A stretch of 24,000 nucleotides of DNA from Nitrososphaerota archaeon. Its GTDB lineage: Archaea; Thermoproteota; Nitrososphaeria_A; Caldarchaeales; Wolframiiraptoraceae. The position numbers and the translations under genes are program-made. The notes beneath the pieces are model-generated. The model did no database searches. It had not been told where the DNA came from and saw only the letters and a list, made by a program, of their open reading frames with translations. This document shows positions 1 to 8,215 of this stretch, one piece after another. The number at the start of each line of letters is the position of its first letter. Position 1 is the stretch's first letter. The stretch covers positions 1 to 24,000 of the forward strand of contig JAGGTD010000006.1 in assembly GCA_021163925.1 (NCBI GenBank), in the 5' to 3' direction.

Positions 1-64
1 AAACGGGGCCTCAAAACCCCCCGGCCCAACACCTCTCACTCCATTACTCCTTTAGTCCGATATG

Positions 65-906
65 CTAAAGCTGGCTGGCTCTATATCTTTGAAGTAGCTC
101 TTTGAGCTTTCTCTGTTTTCTCTTAATCGTAAACCCGACTCTTTCAGCAAATCTGAGAATATTTACCCGACCGCGAATCCTGAGGTCGTAGAGGACGGTC
201 TGTCTCCGTTGATATATCCTACCACTTTGAGGATCTTTTAAAAACCGCTTCATCATATGTGAGTAGCTTCTCGATTCTATCCCGAGCGTTCTTAATAGCC
301 ATTGTGTTAACGTGATGAGTTTTATGTTCGTATTTGTGAATCCTATCTCATACCAGTGGGGGCAAACACTACCTTCAGCATCAAATAATCCGCGGAGGGC
401 GTAGGCTGGATAAGGATTTAGATACCTGATTAGGGTCCATGGATTTCCAGTAGATCTCACCCTCTTTAAGATGAGATACAGCTGGATGGAAGATCCTCTA
501 ACAACCCATCTCTGATTATGTTTGCTCCATCTCGGCTTATATGGACTTGACTTACCCACTGCCTTAGAAAGATAATACCCCCCAGCTTTCAGCGAAGTCA
601 TAGTCTTTAACTGAGAGCTTGACATAGTATTGATAACGGGATCTATCAAGCGCGAGGGTTCCATCGCCAAGCCATCCTCCGATCACATAGGCCAGCTCAG
701 GCCCCCATCACTAACTTATTACAACTTCCAAGTGGGTGATGTCTTCCCTTGACCCAATTGCATATCATGCCTGGACTCGGAGAGGAACCATACTTCTCCT
801 TAAGGATCTTTGCGATCCGCTTATAGCCAAATCCCCTTTCCTTTAACCTAATAGCCTCCTCGTAGATTCGAAGCCTCTCCTGAAGACTCCTACGTCCTGT
901 TAACAA
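65..906 (-). pseudogene. HTH + double-motif LAGLIDADG homing-endonuclease-like gene, split over three reading frames
   Basis: Track ORF 697..906 (-) has an HTH-like segment (ERGFGYKRIAKILKEKYG). Track ORF 65..670 (-) carries a LAGLIDADG-type motif (YALRGLFDAEGSV). My translation of the third minus frame from ~701 down to the stop at 565-567 reads PELAYVIGGWLGDGTLALDRSRYQYYVKLSVKDYDFAESWGVLSF*. This is the missing first LAGLIDADG motif, ~95 aa upstream of the second. The frame changes coincide with a C5 run (702-706) and a C6 run (578-583) on the + strand. Removing one base at each gives a single ~280-aa ORF. Confidence 0.7.
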
Positions 907-950
907 GCTTTTTTAATATTTCTCGTGTTCAGCTTAAAAAGTTAACTATC

Positions 951-981
951 GGGGTTCCGGGTTCAAATCCCGCCCGGTCCA
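951..981 (+). other. Orphan tRNA 3'-end fragment (T-arm + 3' acceptor strand); no 5' half in window
   Basis: GGGGTTCCGGGTTCAAATCCCGCCCGGTCCA has a canonical T-loop TTCAAAT with a 4-5 bp T-stem, then the 7-nt acceptor 3' strand CCGGTCC and discriminator A. I found no matching 5' acceptor strand (GGACCGG), D-arm or GC-rich anticodon stem upstream; that DNA is A/T-rich and promoter-like. It shares 18 nt (GGGTTCAAATCCCGCCCG) with tRNA-Ser at 22312-22396 but has a different acceptor. Confidence 0.55.
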
Positions 982-1057
982 AACATCTTTTTCTATCCAT
1001 CGATGAATTGGAGTAATGATTAATTAGTGCGGTCTTGGGCTTGGTTGAGGGATCGGC

Positions 1058-2569
1058 TTGGATTCTGGAATCTATCGTTCGAGGCTTGGCAAGCCCTTAG
1101 ATAGGGAGGCTGCGAGGTTTCTATCATCCCTTGAAGAAGACTCGGAGATCTTCTTAGAGGATATCTTGGGAAGCGAGGCTCACGCGATAATGTTGTATGA
1201 GCAGGGGATAATTGGCCGCGGAGATCTTGAGAAGATCTTAAGGGCCCTTGAAGGGATTAAGGGTGAGTGGCTTAGGGGAAAGATGGGCTTGAAGGCTGAG
1301 GAATTCGAGGACGTCCATGAATTCATCGAGACTCGGCTGATAGAGATGGTGGGGTTGAAGGTCGGCGGAAAACTCCATACCGGGAGGTCTAGAAATGATC
1401 AAGTCGCCCTCGACATAAGGCTTAGGATCAGGAGATATCTGCTTGAGATATGGAATGAGCTCCTTAACTTAATGGAGATTATCCTGACCAGGGCTGAGGA
1501 GGAGAGAGATACTCCACTAATGCTATACACCCATCTCCAGCACGCGCAGACTGGAAACCTATCACACTATCTACTCGCATTATTCGATCACCTCTCCAGA
1601 GATCTTGAGAGATTGGAGGAGTGTTATAGGAGGGTGAATAAGTCTCCGCTTGGAGCATCTGCGATAGGTGGATCGAGCTTACCCTTGAATAGGCCTAGGG
1701 TCGCCGAGCTCTTGGGATTCGACGGAGTTGTCGAGAACTCTATAGATGCCGTAAGTTCAAGAGACTTCGCGCTAGAGTCTCTCTCGATCTCATCGATTCT
1801 AGCAACCTTTCTAAGCAGGGTCTCGGAGGATTTCATAATATGGTCTTCGAGCGAGTTCGGATATCTCGAACTCCCCGATCAGCTTGCATCGCCGTCCAGC
1901 ATAATGCCCCATAAGAAGAATCCATGCATACTTGAATTGGTGAGGGCGAGGGCTGGGAGGATCTCCGGGCTGCTCACAGCATCCCTAATGGAGCTTAAGG
2001 GAACTCCAACCGGATATAATCGAGACCTCCAAAACCAGAAGCAGCTAATCTTCGAAGCCTTAAAGGAGACTTTAGCAATCCTCAGGATATTCTCCAAGGT
2101 CGTGAAGGATGTAAGGTTTAGGGTTGAGAGGATGCGCGAGGTCATCTCAGAAAGCTATGCTCCAGCGATAGACCTGGCCGAGAACTTAGTCAAGTATCTG
2201 GGGATATCGATTAGAGAGGCTCACATGATAGTCGGCGAGGTCGTCAAGGTGCTCGTGGAGAAGGGGATGGGAATGAAAGACTTGGATCTAAACATGATTA
2301 AAGAGGTATCGAGAAGAGTTCTCGGCAAGGAGGTAGATATTCCGGAGAAAGTCCTCGAAGTCATCAAAGAGCCATCAAGGACTGTTAGAATGAGGAGAAC
2401 CATCGGATCGCCGAACCCAAACGAGATCTCAAGAATGATCAAGGATAGGTGGAAGACTCTAAATGAGAGGAAGAAGGTCTTCCAAGAAGTATCTAGGAAA
2501 GTCCATGAGAGTGAGGAGAGGCTTCAGAGAATGGTGAAGTCGCTCATAGGGCAGGGGCAGTCCAAATAG
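1058..2569 (+). CDS. argH: Argininosuccinate lyase
   Basis: 503-aa ORF with the fumarate-lyase superfamily signature SSIMPHKKNP (GSSxMPxKxN), TGRSRNDQV, and an ArgH-like N-terminus (SSLEEDSEIFLEDILGSEAHAIML). The TTG start lies ~30 nt after a TGATTAATTA TATA-like box. It has a ~40-aa C-terminal extension relative to typical ArgH. Confidence 0.93.
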   Translation: MDSGIYRSRLGKPLDREAARFLSSLEEDSEIFLEDILGSEAHAIMLYEQGIIGRGDLEKILRALEGIKGEWLRGKMGLKAEEFEDVHEFIETRLIEMVGLKVGGKLHTGRSRNDQVALDIRLRIRRYLLEIWNELLNLMEIILTRAEEERDTPLMLYTHLQHAQTGNLSHYLLALFDHLSRDLERLEECYRRVNKSPLGASAIGGSSLPLNRPRVAELLGFDGVVENSIDAVSSRDFALESLSISSILATFLSRVSEDFIIWSSSEFGYLELPDQLASPSSIMPHKKNPCILELVRARAGRISGLLTASLMELKGTPTGYNRDLQNQKQLIFEALKETLAILRIFSKVVKDVRFRVERMREVISESYAPAIDLAENLVKYLGISIREAHMIVGEVVKVLVEKGMGMKDLDLNMIKEVSRRVLGKEVDIPEKVLEVIKEPSRTVRMRRTIGSPNPNEISRMIKDRWKTLNERKKVFQEVSRKVHESEERLQRMVKSLIGQGQSK

Positions 2570-2582
2570 GCTCATAGGTGAG

Positions 2583-3257
2583 GTGAGAGTGTCCCTCGAT
2601 GTCAGATTAAGGATCTCATGTATCTTCAAGGCACTCGGCCTCTGGATCCTCATATTCTTATTCAGCAACCTGATAGGTGGGATAGCTGGCCAGGTCGGCG
2701 GGCTTGTATGTGCGATGTTCTCGATCCAGACCGCCTTCATTGTCTTAAGCATGTTAACAGCGGTCATGCTGTTCAGAGACGAATATAGGTATCTGATGGG
2801 CTTAACATTTACATTCAAGTCTATGGTGAGGGTTGTTGCGATCTCGCTTGTCTCAGCTCTACCACTAACTTATCTCACGAGCATCTTGGCACCAACATCT
2901 CATCAAATCCAAGTGAGCATTCCATTACTGATTCCCATGGTCCTGATCTTGGCCCCAATCGGCGAGGAACTTCTATTTAGGGGACTTCTTCTGGGCTGCT
3001 TGATGAGATGTATTAGCAGATGGGGGGCGATCATGATCTCATCGACAATCTTTGCTCTAACCCATCTACCAGCTTTTAGCGCCCATTCAGAAACCCCTCT
3101 GACGATGTTCTTGATATTCGCCGGAGCGTTTATCTTGGGGGTGATCGCCGGCCACTTCAAGACATCTCTAAACTCCCTGATCCCGGCGATCATAACTCAT
3201 TCAATCTTCAACTTCTCGGGAATGGTAACGGGAATAATCATCAAACTATCCATCTAA
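2583..3257 (+). CDS. CPBP-family (CAAX/Abi-like) intramembrane glutamic endopeptidase
   Basis: Polytopic hydrophobic 224-aa ORF with the three CPBP motifs: PIGEELLFRG (EExxxR), FALTHL (FxxxH), ITHSIFNF (HxxxN). GGTGAGGTGA Shine-Dalgarno-like motif directly upstream of the GTG start. Confidence 0.85.
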   Translation: MRVSLDVRLRISCIFKALGLWILIFLFSNLIGGIAGQVGGLVCAMFSIQTAFIVLSMLTAVMLFRDEYRYLMGLTFTFKSMVRVVAISLVSALPLTYLTSILAPTSHQIQVSIPLLIPMVLILAPIGEELLFRGLLLGCLMRCISRWGAIMISSTIFALTHLPAFSAHSETPLTMFLIFAGAFILGVIAGHFKTSLNSLIPAIITHSIFNFSGMVTGIIIKLSI

Positions 3258-3284
3258 CCGATGAAGAGATCGGGCTTTATGAGG

Positions 3285-3359
3285 TGGGCCCGGTGGGATT
3301 CGAACCCACGACCTCCCGGTTATCAGCCGGACGCTCCAACCAGGCTGAGCTACGGGCCC
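3285..3359 (-). tRNA. tRNA-Ile (anticodon GAT)
   Basis: The reverse complement folds as GGGCCCG-TA-GCTC-AGCCTGGTTG-GAGC-G-TCCGG-CTGATAA-CCGGG-AGGTC-GTGGG-TTCGAAT-CCCAC-CGGGCCC-A (75 nt). No encoded CCA. TATA-like AAAATATATAAG ~30 nt upstream (3386-3397, minus sense). Confidence 0.93.
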
Positions 3360-3466
3360 TATTGAACCATCTCAACTCGGGGTCTTATATATTTTGACGG
3401 CTTTAGGCTCTTCCTTCCCCCCACGAACTCGGCTCTGCTCAAGCGATATTTCAGCCAATTTTAACC

Positions 3467-4543
3467 TTACGGCATTATCTCGATGGTGTTGTTATATTTT
3501 GGGTAGATCAGCTGCTCCTCAGCTATTATTCCCTTATCTAAGAGCCTCTCGATTATGGGCATCCTATCCAAGATTAGGTCTATGATGAACTTCGACACCT
3601 CGCAGATCGCCTGCATCCCCTCATCTCCCCAAAGCCTCTCCACATGGGTGTAGAGGCATCTTCCTCCACAGATCTCGAAATACTTACAGGAGAGGCACGG
3701 CTCGCCTATTGGAGGCTTATAGCATTCAATCCTCTCCCTGTCGATTTCCTCAAGCCTCCCGACATAAGCCCAAGGCTCCCTCACCGCGATCGGACATGCT
3801 ATGATCCTCCCATCGCTCACCACCGTGAATGAATCGACTCCTGAGCCGCATGGAGGCTTAACCCCACCTCTCAAAATTCTCGTGAGAATTCCTTGGAAGG
3901 GGGCGATCCCCTCCACAACTCCAGATTTCATCCTCTCAATCCATCGATCCAAGAGCTTTCTGAGACCAGGCTCATAGCTTCCCCTAATCCAGCCCCAGAG
4001 ATCATGCCAAGGTTCAACCCAGATGAAGCTGAGCTGCCAATGGATATGGTTGAATAGCCCAAGATTTAGTAGGTGTCTTACATCGCGATAGATATTAGAG
4101 TCCTCCGTTACCGTCATCCTCGCGACCAGATCACCCTCATAGCCCACTCTCCTAAGCCATCTCAAATTCTCGACGACCCTATCATAGACGCCATCACCCC
4201 TATTCAGGTCCGTGAGCCACCTAGGCCCATCTATCGAGACTAGGATCGTGTCGAATCTCTTGACCAGATCTGGATCCAGCTTGTTTAGGAGGAGTCCATT
4301 GGTCTGCAGGATATAGTGTGATGCATTAAATTTATCCATAACAGATCTGATGAAGTCTATGTTTAGGAGGGGTTCTCCGCCATAGAATGCTATATCGTCG
4401 CCATCCCTAAGAATCCGCGACAGATCATCCACCGAGTATCGAACAGTCCATGGGACGATGGAGTCATCGAAGCTACCCCCACAATACCTGCATCTTAAGT
4501 TACATCGCCCCGTGGTGTAGAGGATGAAGAGCATGGCCCCCAA
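3467..4543 (-). CDS. Radical SAM enzyme with C-terminal SPASM-type auxiliary Fe-S domain
   Basis: N-terminal CNLRCRYCGG (CxxxCxxC) at residues ~14-21. C-terminal Cys clusters CGSGVDSFTVVSDGRIIACP and CLSCKYFEICGGRCLY (CxxCx5Cx3C, SPASM-like). Start is TTG at 4543 or ATG at 4534. TATA-like box ~4568-4575. Confidence 0.85.
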   Translation of the reverse strand: MGAMLFILYTTGRCNLRCRYCGGSFDDSIVPWTVRYSVDDLSRILRDGDDIAFYGGEPLLNIDFIRSVMDKFNASHYILQTNGLLLNKLDPDLVKRFDTILVSIDGPRWLTDLNRGDGVYDRVVENLRWLRRVGYEGDLVARMTVTEDSNIYRDVRHLLNLGLFNHIHWQLSFIWVEPWHDLWGWIRGSYEPGLRKLLDRWIERMKSGVVEGIAPFQGILTRILRGGVKPPCGSGVDSFTVVSDGRIIACPIAVREPWAYVGRLEEIDRERIECYKPPIGEPCLSCKYFEICGGRCLYTHVERLWGDEGMQAICEVSKFIIDLILDRMPIIERLLDKGIIAEEQLIYPKYNNTIEIMP

Positions 4544-4641
4544 AGTACTTAGTTAATCCGGTAACGCTAATATATGGAGTTGGGTCCGAGCGTAAAGTCC
4601 TTATATAGGAGCCATAATCTGATCAGTGGAGAAAGAAGGGC
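4544..4641. promoter_or_regulatory. Divergent promoter region (radical SAM gene leftward, GDPD gene rightward)
   Basis: Two A/T-rich TATA-like boxes: TAATATAT (4568-4575), ~28-37 nt from the leftward starts, and TTATATA (4601-4607), ~38 nt from the ATG at 4642. Confidence 0.5.
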
Positions 4642-5358
4642 ATGCTCGTGATAGGGCATAGGGGTGCTCCCGCCCTAGCTCCTGAAAACACTATCCCATC
4701 ATTTATGAGGGCAATCGAACTCGGTGTGGACTATATCGAGTTTGATGTCCGAGCTTCTAAGGATGGCAGGCTCGTCATAATGCATGACAATACGGTTAAC
4801 AGGACTACGAGCGCCGGTGGACTTGTATCGAGCTATAGCTTGACGCTGTTAAGGAAGCTCGATGCCGGTGGATGGTTTGGGGAGGAGTTCAAGAATGTTA
4901 GGATACCGACTGTTGAAGAGGTTTTGAGGCTTGCGAAGGGTAAGACAGCGGTGGCAATACACATCAAACAGGAGGGGATTGAGGATGAGGTGTTGAATAT
5001 GGTGAGGGAATTTAAAATGATCCATGACTGCATGATCCTAGCCCCGCTCACCATATCTAGGAAGGTTAAGCTATCCGAGCCCAGAATCCCTATTCAAGCA
5101 GATCTACCCGAGATAAATCCGAGAGATGCGATAGATATGTTGGCTGAAAACCTAGTCGATATAGCATCGATACACATCAAGAAGCTAAGTAAAGGGCTCG
5201 TCAGGCTATGCCATAGGAGCGGTCTACTCGTGAATGTCTGGGATGTTGATAAACCTGAACAGGTTAAGGAATGTGAGGAGTCCGATGTCGATTTTATAAC
5301 GACGAATGATCCGAAGACCGTTTTAGAAACCCTACGAAATTTGCTTGTAAGAAACTGA
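4642..5358 (+). CDS. Glycerophosphodiester phosphodiesterase (GDPD/UgpQ-like), cytosolic
   Basis: The N-terminus starts directly with the GDPD catalytic block VIGHRGAPALAPENTIPSF..GVDYIEFDVRASKDGRLVIMHDNTVNRTT. No signal peptide or TM segment. 238 aa. Confidence 0.9.
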   Translation: MLVIGHRGAPALAPENTIPSFMRAIELGVDYIEFDVRASKDGRLVIMHDNTVNRTTSAGGLVSSYSLTLLRKLDAGGWFGEEFKNVRIPTVEEVLRLAKGKTAVAIHIKQEGIEDEVLNMVREFKMIHDCMILAPLTISRKVKLSEPRIPIQADLPEINPRDAIDMLAENLVDIASIHIKKLSKGLVRLCHRSGLLVNVWDVDKPEQVKECEESDVDFITTNDPKTVLETLRNLLVRN

Positions 5359-5498
5359 AAGCCCGATCCACGACGTTAAAAACCAGTAAAGCGGATAATC
5401 GACGCAAACCTCTAACATACACTATGCAATCGGAATCTGATGAAATTAACCTCTCTTTATCAAATTTATCAAACCTTAACATCAGGCCTCAAAGAATG

Positions 5499-5557
5499 CT
5501 TATATATGTCTCAATAGACCTTTATAGATCTTGTCAAACAAGACTTATATATATCCG
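5499..5557 (+). promoter_or_regulatory. Promoter region of the ABC-importer operon: duplicated TATA-like 9-mer flanking a small palindrome
   Basis: CTTATATAT occurs at 5499-5507 and again at 5544-5552. CTTGTcaaACAAG (5530-5542) lies between the two copies. The second box is ~24 nt upstream of the ATG at 5573 (leaderless-type spacing). Confidence 0.5.
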
Positions 5558-7168
5558 GAGTCGTCTATAGGTATGGCTCCTCAGGAAAAAAAGAAGAACT
5601 TAAAACAAAATATTTTGGAGAGTGAAAAGATCTCTAGGAGGGAGGCCCTCTCAACCGCCGGAAAGGTCGCTATAAGCGCCGTAGTCGCTGGAGTAGTCGC
5701 GGGAGTTGGTGGATATCTCGCGGGTAGCGCCGCAGTTCCCCCACCTAAGACCGTCACCGTAACTGCTGCTGGTAAGACCGTTACAGTTCCGGGTAAAACC
5801 GTTACAACCACCGTAACTGGTCCAGCTCCTCCAGCGAAAACCGTTACTTCCACGGTAACTAGTACGGTGGCTCCGGCCGCCGCGGCCATCCCGATCAGGA
5901 TCTGGCCTGGTGCTAAAGGCTATGACAAGTATAGGCTGGATAATCCGAAGGATGTCTGCGCTATCTTGAATAATATGTTGGCCTCGATGGGCGCCAACGT
6001 TAAGATCGACTTCTCGGGAGTGGTCGAGTCGGCGAAGCTGGAGAAGGTCATCGCTGCTTATAAGGCGAAGGAGCTTCCAGAGATCCTTGGAGCTGGACAT
6101 GAATGGGTGGGCCCATTCGCTGAGGGAGGATATATCATACCGATCGACGACTACATTGAGAAATATAAGCTCCTTCTAACCGACTGGTTCCCATATGCGT
6201 GGGCTTGGGAGGCGATGAGATGGAAGGGTAAGACCTATGCGGTCCTACAGGACACTGAGTGTAGGCCGCTCTACTGGAGAAGAGATGTCTTGAAGAAGCT
6301 TGGATGGAGCGACGCCGACCTAGACGCCCTCCCAGAGAAGATTAGGAAGGGCGAGTGGACGATGGAGGACGCTATCTCGGTCGCGAAGGAGGCTATGGAC
6401 AAGGGGCTGGTTAAGTGGGGATTCTATCATAGGCCGACCCCAGGCGCTCAGCCCATGTTCGTCTTCTACGTCCAGTATGGTGGGAAGATCGGAGACCCAG
6501 ATACCGGCAAGCTCATCGCCGACAAGGATGCTTGGCTAAAGACTCTAGAACTCTTCTACAAGCTCGCGGTCGAGGAGAAGGTCATGCCCGCGATGGCCGG
6601 CACATCTTGGAGGACCGTCCACACAGACTTCGTTAACGGCAGGGTTCTCTTCTGGTTTGGCGGAAGCTGGCATTGGGCTGAGTATCAGCACGTAGCCTAT
6701 CACGAGGAGCTTGGAAAGGTTCCAGAGGAGTGGGAGTGGGAGAACCTCGGATTCGGCCTAGTCCCAGCTCCAACAAAGGGCCTAAAGCCGGCGACGAACA
6801 CCCATCCATGGGCGTTCATGATATCATCGCAGGCCAAGAACCCTGAGGTGGCGTTCCTGGTAGCTGTCTTACAGACCATGCCGACATTCGATGTGAGGCA
6901 CTGCATCTATGGAGGCAAGCTACCGTCTAGGGCTACGACATACAGCCATCCAGAATTCAAGAAGAACAAGTTCCTATCCTCAATAGTCTACATGCATGAG
7001 TATACAAGCGTCTTGTTCAACCATCCAAAGATGCCAGTATACACTAGACTAGCCTTTGATACCGTGACATCGGTGGAGAAGGGTGAGAAGAAGCCCGATA
7101 AGGCCGTTGAGGATCTAATGAGCGCTCTAAGAGCAGAGATTGGAGAGGAGATCGTAATCAAGGAATAA
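5531..7168 (+). CDS. ABC-transporter extracellular solute-binding protein (CUT1/family-1 type), membrane-anchored
   Basis: First gene of an SBP-permease-permease-ATPase operon. The likely true start is ATG 5573 (MAPQEKKK). It has a twin-arginine-like ISRREAL motif followed by a hydrophobic helix (residues ~45-67), then a Thr/Val/Pro linker and a ~420-aa Trp/Tyr-rich globular domain. Confidence 0.8.
   Translation: MSNKTYIYPESSIGMAPQEKKKNLKQNILESEKISRREALSTAGKVAISAVVAGVVAGVGGYLAGSAAVPPPKTVTVTAAGKTVTVPGKTVTTTVTGPAPPAKTVTSTVTSTVAPAAAAIPIRIWPGAKGYDKYRLDNPKDVCAILNNMLASMGANVKIDFSGVVESAKLEKVIAAYKAKELPEILGAGHEWVGPFAEGGYIIPIDDYIEKYKLLLTDWFPYAWAWEAMRWKGKTYAVLQDTECRPLYWRRDVLKKLGWSDADLDALPEKIRKGEWTMEDAISVAKEAMDKGLVKWGFYHRPTPGAQPMFVFYVQYGGKIGDPDTGKLIADKDAWLKTLELFYKLAVEEKVMPAMAGTSWRTVHTDFVNGRVLFWFGGSWHWAEYQHVAYHEELGKVPEEWEWENLGFGLVPAPTKGLKPATNTHPWAFMISSQAKNPEVAFLVAVLQTMPTFDVRHCIYGGKLPSRATTYSHPEFKKNKFLSSIVYMHEYTSVLFNHPKMPVYTRLAFDTVTSVEKGEKKPDKAVEDLMSALRAEIGEEIVIKE
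5747..5869 (+). repeat. In-frame low-complexity tandem repeat encoding the (K)TVT-rich linker of the SBP
   Basis: The DNA unit AARACCGTYAC recurs. The protein reads KTVTVTAAGKTVTVPGKTVTTTVTGPAPPAKTVTSTVTSTV. The mirror-image minus-strand ORFs 5581..5889 and 5651..6100 are artefacts of this repeat. Confidence 0.8.
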
Positions 7169-7203
7169 GGCTTATATTTCCCTCTTTTTATTTAAAAGAT
7201 AGT

Positions 7204-8211
7204 ATGTCAAAAAAGTTTTCAAATCTCTTAAGGGGTTATGTGGCGAAACCTAAAGTCTCGATCAGCACGGGTGCCTTGGGAGGTCTTAAGAGCTTTCTAA
7301 AGGAGAAGAGTAGGACGTTCTTCGTTATAGCCTTCCTCACACCCTTCTTGGCCGCGTTGACGATCATGTATGGGTTGCCATGCGCTCTATCAGTCTTGAT
7401 GTCTTTCACCGACATGGGATTAAGCTTCGAGCTACACTTTCTAAACCCACTTCTCAAAAATTACTACACAATATTCCATGTAGCCGATCCTAGGGTGCCG
7501 GTCGTGGCCCAGACAACAATCCTATACGTTGGATGCACGTTATTAATTAATGCCGGATTTTCGTTGGTGCTTGGAGTTCTAACAGCATATTGCATTAGAA
7601 ACGAGAATGTGGCGTCAGTGTTAAGACTTCTATGGTTCCTACCTAGGATGACGCCGGTGATAATCTATGCTCTATTATGGCTCTGGTTCACCGACCCAAC
7701 TTATGGGCCATTATCGATAGTCTCAAGCTGGATAGGACTTAAGGGGGTTAGATGGCTTCTCGACAAACCCTACTCACAGCTAGTGATGATAGCCGTGAAC
7801 GGATACATTGGCGCAAGCTGGGGAATGGTCATCTACGTCTCATCGATAAAGACCATTCCACTGGAGATAATTTATGCAGCGAAGGCGGATGGAGCGACGG
7901 ATTGGGATGTAATAAGGAGGATAATACTACCTCTATTGAAGTGGCCGATCCTATTTGTAACATCATGGCAAACCCTCTCTCTGATCGGATCATATACTGA
8001 GATCCTAGCTATATGGGATGGCTACAGCTATACATCAGGAGTCGAGGTCTGGTCCCTCTTCACATATCACACAGCATTCGAGGGATATAGATTTGGATAC
8101 TCGGCGGCCTTAGCCATAGTCATGGCGACGGTCGCGTTGATCTTGGTCGCGATATACTTCAAGGTCTTCGGATTCAAGCGTATGCTCGAACCATCTAGAA
8201 TAGAGGTGTAG
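7204..8211 (+). CDS. ABC sugar-type transporter permease (MalF/UgpA-like)
   Basis: Polytopic 335-aa ORF with an EAA-loop motif AAKADGATDWDVIRRIILPLL. Located in the operon between the SBP and the second permease. Confidence 0.88.
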   Translation: MSKKFSNLLRGYVAKPKVSISTGALGGLKSFLKEKSRTFFVIAFLTPFLAALTIMYGLPCALSVLMSFTDMGLSFELHFLNPLLKNYYTIFHVADPRVPVVAQTTILYVGCTLLINAGFSLVLGVLTAYCIRNENVASVLRLLWFLPRMTPVIIYALLWLWFTDPTYGPLSIVSSWIGLKGVRWLLDKPYSQLVMIAVNGYIGASWGMVIYVSSIKTIPLEIIYAAKADGATDWDVIRRIILPLLKWPILFVTSWQTLSLIGSYTEILAIWDGYSYTSGVEVWSLFTYHTAFEGYRFGYSAALAIVMATVALILVAIYFKVFGFKRMLEPSRIEV

Positions 8212-8215
8212 AGCC

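Noticed and set aside
1-64. CGGGGCCTCAAAACCCCCCG hairpin-like sequence at the extreme left edge, possibly part of a structured RNA or element terminus.
   Set aside because: It is too short and is cut by the window boundary, so no tRNA, rRNA or repeat identity can be supported.
5747-5869. Short tandem DNA repeats that could be mistaken for a CRISPR-like or minisatellite array.
   Set aside because: The units are ~11-15 nt, imperfect, in frame and without unique spacers. They simply encode the KTVT linker. No CRISPR array exists in the window.
5581-6100. Minus-strand ORFs 5581..5889 and 5651..6100, with Ala/Gly/Thr/Val-rich or Arg/Gly/Ser-rich repeats, which could be read as a repeat protein.
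   Set aside because: They are the reverse-complement image of the TVT-repeat stalk and signal/anchor region of the SBP gene. The plus-strand frame has the operon context.
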